A stretch of 63,865 nt of DNA, filler included. It is 12 parts of 12 records of this genome, joined end to end, with 100 filler letters (N's around TTAATTAATTAA, not from the genome) between each part and the next. Parts side by side here need not be neighbours in the genome. Positions count along the whole stretch, not along the records: positions 53,656 to 58,075 come from SRR7504441_2316; positions 58,176 to 63,865 come from SRR7504441_2331; 10 more parts are not named here. The stretch is one strand, 5' to 3'. The notes beneath the pieces were generated by a model that worked only from the letters and a program-made list of their open reading frames with translations, did no database searches and was not told the origin of the DNA. How positions within the stretch are numbered: position 1 is the first letter of the stretch; every line of letters starts with the position of its first letter. Of this stretch, positions 57,929 to 63,865 are shown in pieces. Both the position numbers and the translations under genes were made by a program.

Positions 57929-58175
57929 TGACCACCGCGACCCTCAACGGCAAAATCAGGCGGCGAGCTGCACAACCAAAGCATGTCACACGGTCGGGTG
58001 CCCAACCCGGTGCATTCGGGGCACCAGGTGCACATGGAACGTCGGCTGAGCACCGAGAGCTTCGCGGTGGAAGTGNNNNNNNNNNNNNNNNNNNNNNNNN
58101 NNNNNNNNNNNNNNNNNNNTTAATTAATTAANNNNNNNNNNNNNNNNNNNNNNNNNNNNNNNNNNNNNNNNNNNN

Positions 58176-60069
58176 CCGGGCAAGGCCAAGCCGTACCAGG
58201 CGCGTTATTGAAACGCATTTAGTATCACTAATTCCACCAGGTCGAGGGCGTGGTGTTCCCGTCCGAGTCCACCACCGCCAGCGCTAAGCGCATCTGGGCG
58301 GCCGCAGCCGCAGCCGGCGGGGGCGCGGAGGACCTGGTGTCGGCCATCACTGGCGAGTCAAACTGGCGGGCCAACTACCCGACTCACCTGCTCGCGCTGG
58401 CCGAGCGTGCCGCCGCCGAGCCGGCTGTCGCGCTCGCGCAGGCCGAGGCGGGTCTGGCCGCCGCCTACGCCGAGTTCAAGTTCCGTTGGGCCGACGAGAG
58501 CTGCCCGCTGGACCAGCTGGGCCCGGCCAGGTTCGGGTTCGAGACCGTGGCGCTCCGGGGCACAGGCACGCCGTGTGCACTGGCCCCGGTGGTCCCGCCG
58601 GAGCTCCGGGCGGCTGCGGCATACGGCTGCTGCGAGCCCAGGTGCCGCCGGCCGGGGATCGGGGCAAGCGGTGGCCAGTGTGGTCGAAGCGTTCGAGTGG
58701 CTGAGCCAGGCCGAGGAGCCGCTGGCCAACGTGCTGTCCTCGCACGCATTCGTGCTGCTGGGTGCGTCGGCCGCGGGCTGGATGGCAAGCTGGGCAGGCG
58801 CCACATCGGAGCTCGGCCCGGTCCTGCCGCTACTGCGAATGGGCGCGTGCGTGGTAGCTGTGGCGAGGCCGGGGCGCAAGCTACTCGAGCTGGCGCAGAA
58901 AGCGGAGGTGGGCCGGGCTGCCGTTTGTGGGCTGAGCGGCAGGCTAGACGCTGGCGGGGACGCTGCTGATGCCGCGTGGACCGGGCGAGGACTGCGAAGG
59001 CGGCGCGGCAGAGCCGGGGGCGGACCTGATCACTCAGCTACCTGAGTTGATCGACTGGCTCAAGACAGTGGAGCCGGAGAAGACGCTGGTCGGGCCGCGG
59101 CTGGAGGGGCTGATCTGCCGGGGGGCAGGTGCTCTCTCATCTGGTTTACCTGGACGGAGCGGCGCACGTGCAGGCAAGCATGGCGATGGACGCCATCAGC
59201 ACCGGGCTGGCTGGCTCCCGGCCGGTGGCGCTGGGCTACCTCGGGTCGCCAGCCATGCCGTATATGATCTCAGCGGAGGCGCACGCCGATGCCGAGGCGC
59301 GGCACGCCGACAGAGGGGTGCTGGTCCGGGCACTCAAGTAAGGCGCCTAGCCCTGGCCTGGTGAGCGGGGCCCAGTCTGCAGTCCAACGCCAGGCCGGGC
59401 GTGCCGGCCACTGACGCTGCCGGGGCGCCGTTCACTGCATTCGTGACCGATGGGCTGATTGGCTTCCAAGGGCCCAACTATGCTCTGGCCAAGACCATCC
59501 AAATGTGGCGCGCAGTGATCGCGCGCCAAGCAGGCCAGAGGTGCCCCGGTCCGGGTGCCGGCCCCAGCGTGCCGCAGGGTCTCGCTCAACATGACCCCGC
59601 CTTCCCGCACCTACAGCGTCCAGCACTCAGCCAGCGCTGCCGGTGCGGCGCCGGCCTGGCAACCGGCTGAGTCGCTCCCCCGGCAGCTGCCTTGGAGGGC
59701 GTGGCTTGGTTCGAGCCGAATGCGGCTTTCGAGCCCGAGTTTGTGTCCGAGACCATGTGCCGGTTGCTGCTGTTCGACTTGGCGGCCGACCACTCTCTCG
59801 CCAACCCGACGGTGCCCCGCCTGCTCCACACAGCTGACTCGGCCAGGTGACGCTGCGCAACCCCGGCGAGCTATTCTTCAGCTGCGCGTTCCATGGCGGC
59901 GCGCCCAGGCAGCCCGCGGCCGGGCCGGTTGGGCGAACGCGAGGGCAGGTGCGGGTTCACCACCGAATCAATCGGGGCGGCTGCCTGGATTGTGGGCAAG
60001 CTGGGCTACCGGATGGGGCCGCTTGAGCCGCCGTCCGATCATGAGCAGCCAAAGAGTCGGATGTGCTAG
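58176..60069 (+). CDS. Uncharacterised Rossmann-like protein (5' truncated)
   Basis: NWRANY, VLLG|ATSELGP, GADL, YLDGAAHV, QGPNYALAK..WRA, VSLNMTP, AFHGG after splicing. Confidence 0.7.
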
Positions 60070-60438
60070 CACTACAGCGGTCACGAGCAGGCGAAGCGGC
60101 CGGTTGGCAATCAGTATTGATGCCAGATCCAAAATCATGACTTGTTACTCTTGTTACTGTTAATTTACGTTGTCAACGATCGGCTGGACTCAAGACTTAA
60201 TAGGAAGCACTCATCGTTTCTCAGTATGCTATTTACCCACCCGAGCAACTTGCCCATCCCGCCATCTGTCGGTGAACTTTCCGGCCCTCGAGGCGTCGAG
60301 ATCACCCGAGTCCTCAACTACTGCGAAGTGCGAACTGGTCAGTCTCATCACTGAGCTTCACAATCTTGAGCTCATCATCAGCTGCGCATTGACGGGCTCA
60401 CGGCTCAAGCGGGCCGGCTGCTGCGGGAGGTGTAAATA

Positions 60439-61351
60439 ATGTCTCAGCCTCCACCCACCGGACGCAAGAAGCGGCGGCAGCGTCTGCTCAGCGCTGGTGC
60501 CATTGGCACGAGTCCCGACCCGGCGTTCCGGACCGCCTGCTCCGGTGTGCGCCGGGCCGAGCACAAGCACCAACGGCTGGTCGAACGAGAGGAGGCGCCC
60601 CTCTGGCCCGCCCAGTGTGAGCCCGGGCAGATGCTGGCCCAGCGTATCGCCAGGCTGGCAGACGAGCTCGCCGAGGTCCAGGTTCAGCGCGCGGCGAGCG
60701 CTCAGAACCTAGATCGGCGCCGGAGCAAGCTGCAGTGTGCCAGAGGCCGCTGGTGCCCCGTGCTGCCCAGGGACGTGCGGCTGTCGATTGTAACTCGTCT
60801 GGGCGAATGCTCCGAGTGGGCTTCGTTGGTCTGCAAGGAGTTCCGGTCGGCGATCGACCTGGCAGCCTCGCTCAGCCTGTTCAAATACAAGGCGCGTCGT
60901 CGTTTGAATCGACCGTCTGGCTCTCACCACGGGGCGGCAGGGCTGCTTGGAAAGGGAGACGACCGGCGAGAAGTTCCAGCTTAAACTGGGACCCAACCGG
61001 TCCGGTGCGCGCTGGGAGTTGTCTGATTGTTGTTGCAGTGTCGGCCGGCATCCGGATTCAGATATCGTTGTGCCGAGTGGACTCATCTCCAGTCAGCACG
61101 CGATTGTAGCCTTTGCAGACAATGGCAGCTGCACCGTCACAGGTGGGGAGACTAGCCAGCCTGGGCCTGAATGGTGCGCAGATGTGGGGAGCACTAATAA
61201 GAGCTGGATTCGGGAGCCGGTACCACCAAGCCTCCAGTACAAAGCCAAGCATACCGAGCTGCAGCCGAACCAGAGCTACGAGATTAAGAATGGCTTCAGA
61301 TTGCGTGTAGGCAACGTCAACTTCTGCCTAAGACTAGAGCATGCATGTTAA
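60439..61351 (+). CDS. F-box-like + FHA domain protein
   Basis: LPRDVRLSIVTRL..SLVCKEF; VGR..SDI..ISSQHA..DVGSTN FHA signature. Confidence 0.7.
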
Positions 61352-61428
61352 CCTTTCAGGTACTTATCATTTAATTTTATTTTATTCATCCCGGCCGGGC
61401 ACGCGTTGTTCGAGCCACGGCGTGCAAC

Positions 61429-63712
61429 ATGTGGTCTCTCAAGACACTGATGCTCACGCTGTTCGGCTGCTCGCTGCTGCTGAGCTCCTATCAGCTGATC
61501 GTCGGCCTGATCCCGCCCCGCTGCGTCCGGGAGCCCTGCCTGCGCCCGCTGTTCGACCGGGAGCAGCTGGTGGACCTGTACCTCTACGCTGGGCCCGCCC
61601 TGCTCTGGAATGCCTCAGGGATCGACCCGTGGCTCCCATTCAACGCCACGGTCTCCGTGCCCCTCCCGGCCAGCGTCCGCCGGAACGGCAGCCTGGCGGC
61701 CTCTGTGGTGATGGTCCGGCATCGCACCAGCCCCGCGGCCCGGCCGGCCCCGCCCGACAACCGAGAGGCCTGGCGGCGGGAGCGCTTGCGGGTGCACCCT
61801 GACCCAGACCGACTCGAGGCCTCCAGCAAGCTCACCCGGTACATGCGTCCGATGCGCGCCAACAGGCCACTACTGGCGCCACCCGGCGGCTGAGGCCGGG
61901 GCAGGAGCAAGCTTCTGGCCAGCGGGCAAGCCACACCGGCCGTGCCGCCGGGCTCGGTGTTCATTCCGCTGCCGCTGAATTATTCGGTCCAGCTCGATCC
62001 AATCAGTGCCATCTGCTGGACTGGACTCGGGTGATGGGCGGCACCGCGCTCTGGCACTGACCGGCGGTGCAGCTTTGCGGTGCTCGGACTCAAAACGCCG
62101 ACGATGACGCTGGCCGCAGTGCGGATGGGCATGCTGGCGGCGGTGCCGTATCTGTACTGGCGGCACCAGCTCAATGCCAAGCACGCGCTGATGATGACAG
62201 CCCAGCAAGCCGCCCAGCTGCAGCCAGCGGTGGGCAGCCGACGGGGTGCAGCATGAGTCTTGGCAGGCCGAGCGTCCGGTGGTCACCCACTGGAACCCTC
62301 GACTGACCATCCGATACTTGGCCGACGATCGGCGCTACCCTAGCGACGAGCTGGCACCCAGGTGAGAGCCTAGCTTGAGGGACTATCACCAATGATGTTG
62401 CAGGCTCTATGATGCATATAATTCTCAGATGCTGCTCCGGCCGGTCAGATACGCGACCTACGGAGGCGACACAGTGGAGAAGGAGGTCCGGGCCGGCCGA
62501 AAGCAGCTGCGGTACGTGCCCGAGTTCTACATCGAGGATAACACAATGCAATCCGAGTATGCGCCCTTGTCGACAAACCAGTCAGCAGCCAACCCAGAAA
62601 TACGCCTCGAGTTTGCACCGCTCGGGCTAACGCACTTCCAGGCGCCAACCTGAGCGTGCCCAGTGGACTGAAAGCTGCTCGAGCAGGTGCTGATGTGGCT
62701 GCAGCAGGGCTTGGCGCTCTACAAGCAGTTTGGCGTAACCGATTCGGACCTCGATGAGGTCAAGTACATGATGACCTCAGGTGGCTCCTGCTAGACGGGC
62801 ACCAGCCGAGTGGGCAGGGCTGTGGCGGATGATGGTGACGCAGCTGATTGGGTTCACCCAGCTGTTCCTGAGTGGGATGGCCTTCAAGAATGAGATATCT
62901 TTCTTTCACGGCCGAGAGGACTTTAGTGGGCTCTCCTCCAGGCTGGATCCGCGCACCCACCGGATAGCTGAGTGCTGATTTGCAGATCCCTGGCCACCGA
63001 TTTTGCCATTTCGTTGATAATCTTTCTGTATCTGTACGATAACGAGTTCACCTCGCGCCTTGTTCTTTACCCGATGGGAATGGGCCTGCTGATCGACGTC
63101 TGGAAACTAAAGCGGAGATTACACCTGCACGTCTATTGGTCGCTGCTGCTACCCTGGATTGGCAGCCGGTCAGAGAAAGCAATGAACCAGCTCGAACGAG
63201 CCACAGAAGAGATAGATGCTAGAGGGATGCGCTACATGGCAATGGCCCTCTACCCGATGGTGGTTGCTATGGCCATCTATTCGCTACTGAATCACAGCTA
63301 CAAGTCTTGGTGGTCGTGGTTAATCTCATCACTTGCGGACGCGTCGTATACTTTCGGCTTCATCAACATGTTTCCACAGATATTCATCAACTATAAGCTC
63401 AAGTCAGTCGCCCACATGCCGTGGCGGGTGATGATGTACAAAGCGTTCAACACTTTTATTGACGACGCAATCGCCTTTGGTGGAATCTTCAACATGCCTA
63501 TGAAGCACCGTTTGATGACCCTGCGTGACGACATTGTCTTTGCCATTTTCATCTATCAGCGATGGATCTACGCAGTGGACACTCAAAGGCCAGATGAGTA
63601 TGGGTTTGTGCATCAGTCGCTCGACGATGCAAGTGTGAGTAAATGTGAACCACCAGCAACGGGATATGAATCACCGGCAACCAAACTTACCAAAGCATCC
63701 AAAATTGAATAG
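61429..63712 (+). CDS. CLPTM1-family membrane protein (lipid scramblase-like)
   Basis: THWNP, LDEVK, AFKNEISF, GLSSR|SL, FGFINMFPQIFINYKLKSVAHMPW, NTFIDD, QRWIY; seven short introns. Confidence 0.93.
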
Positions 63713-63865
63713 AACTTTTGTTTAGTGTTCACCATACAATCATAAATCCAATGAAAACAATCAAGATACTCGTGAGTACGGTCCAAGCTTAGAACTAATC
63801 AAAAATGCAAAATAGGTGGGGCGGCTAGGGGCGGCATGGTCGAAGGCTATTTGGGTGTACCCACA

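Noticed and set aside
6628-58175. Regularly recurring TTAATTAATTAA flanked by Ns
   Set aside because: Artificial contig linker; not a repeat element or CRISPR, and gene adjacency across it is meaningless
1-63865. Prokaryotic operons, CRISPR arrays, tRNAs, transposases, viral hallmark genes
   Set aside because: None recognised; content is intron-rich eukaryotic nuclear genes

Overview
Eukaryotic nuclear DNA from a GC-rich, gene-dense protist (lineage not determinable here), assembled as 12 contigs joined by artificial 100-nt spacers (N44-TTAATTAATTAA-N44). Genes use the standard code and are broken by very short spliceosomal introns (mostly 35-50 nt). About a quarter of the introns I spliced by hand have degenerate GC donors. 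Most genes sit head-to-head across 40-300 bp promoters. Recognisable genes: QSOX, a GPCR-PIPK fusion, ADP-ribosylglycohydrolase, PTP-like phosphatase, GON4L-like, LAT-type amino-acid permease, cPLA2/PLB-like lipase, HECT E3, ARL8, GH20, pirin, TPR protein, GH2, two mitochondrial carriers, SWIM-RING, WLM-PUB protease, ABHD, RCC2, ankyrin, kinesin, JmjC, R2R3-Myb, a UDG-like protein, FHA protein and CLPTM1. Most notable observations: (1) a YAACGG (Myb/MSA-type) element in most promoters, tripled just upstream of the c-Myb-like gene itself; (2) a prokaryote/phage-type UDG-superfamily domain (GQAP...HPS) spliced to a Cys-rich C-terminal domain; (3) a 22-nt tandem duplication of a 3' splice site that gives an intron its normal length; (4) an ADP-ribosylhydrolase fused to a ubiquitin-like domain; (5) an isolated, degenerate copy of the 18S rRNA 3' end. 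All exon structures were inferred by eye and no database searches were run.
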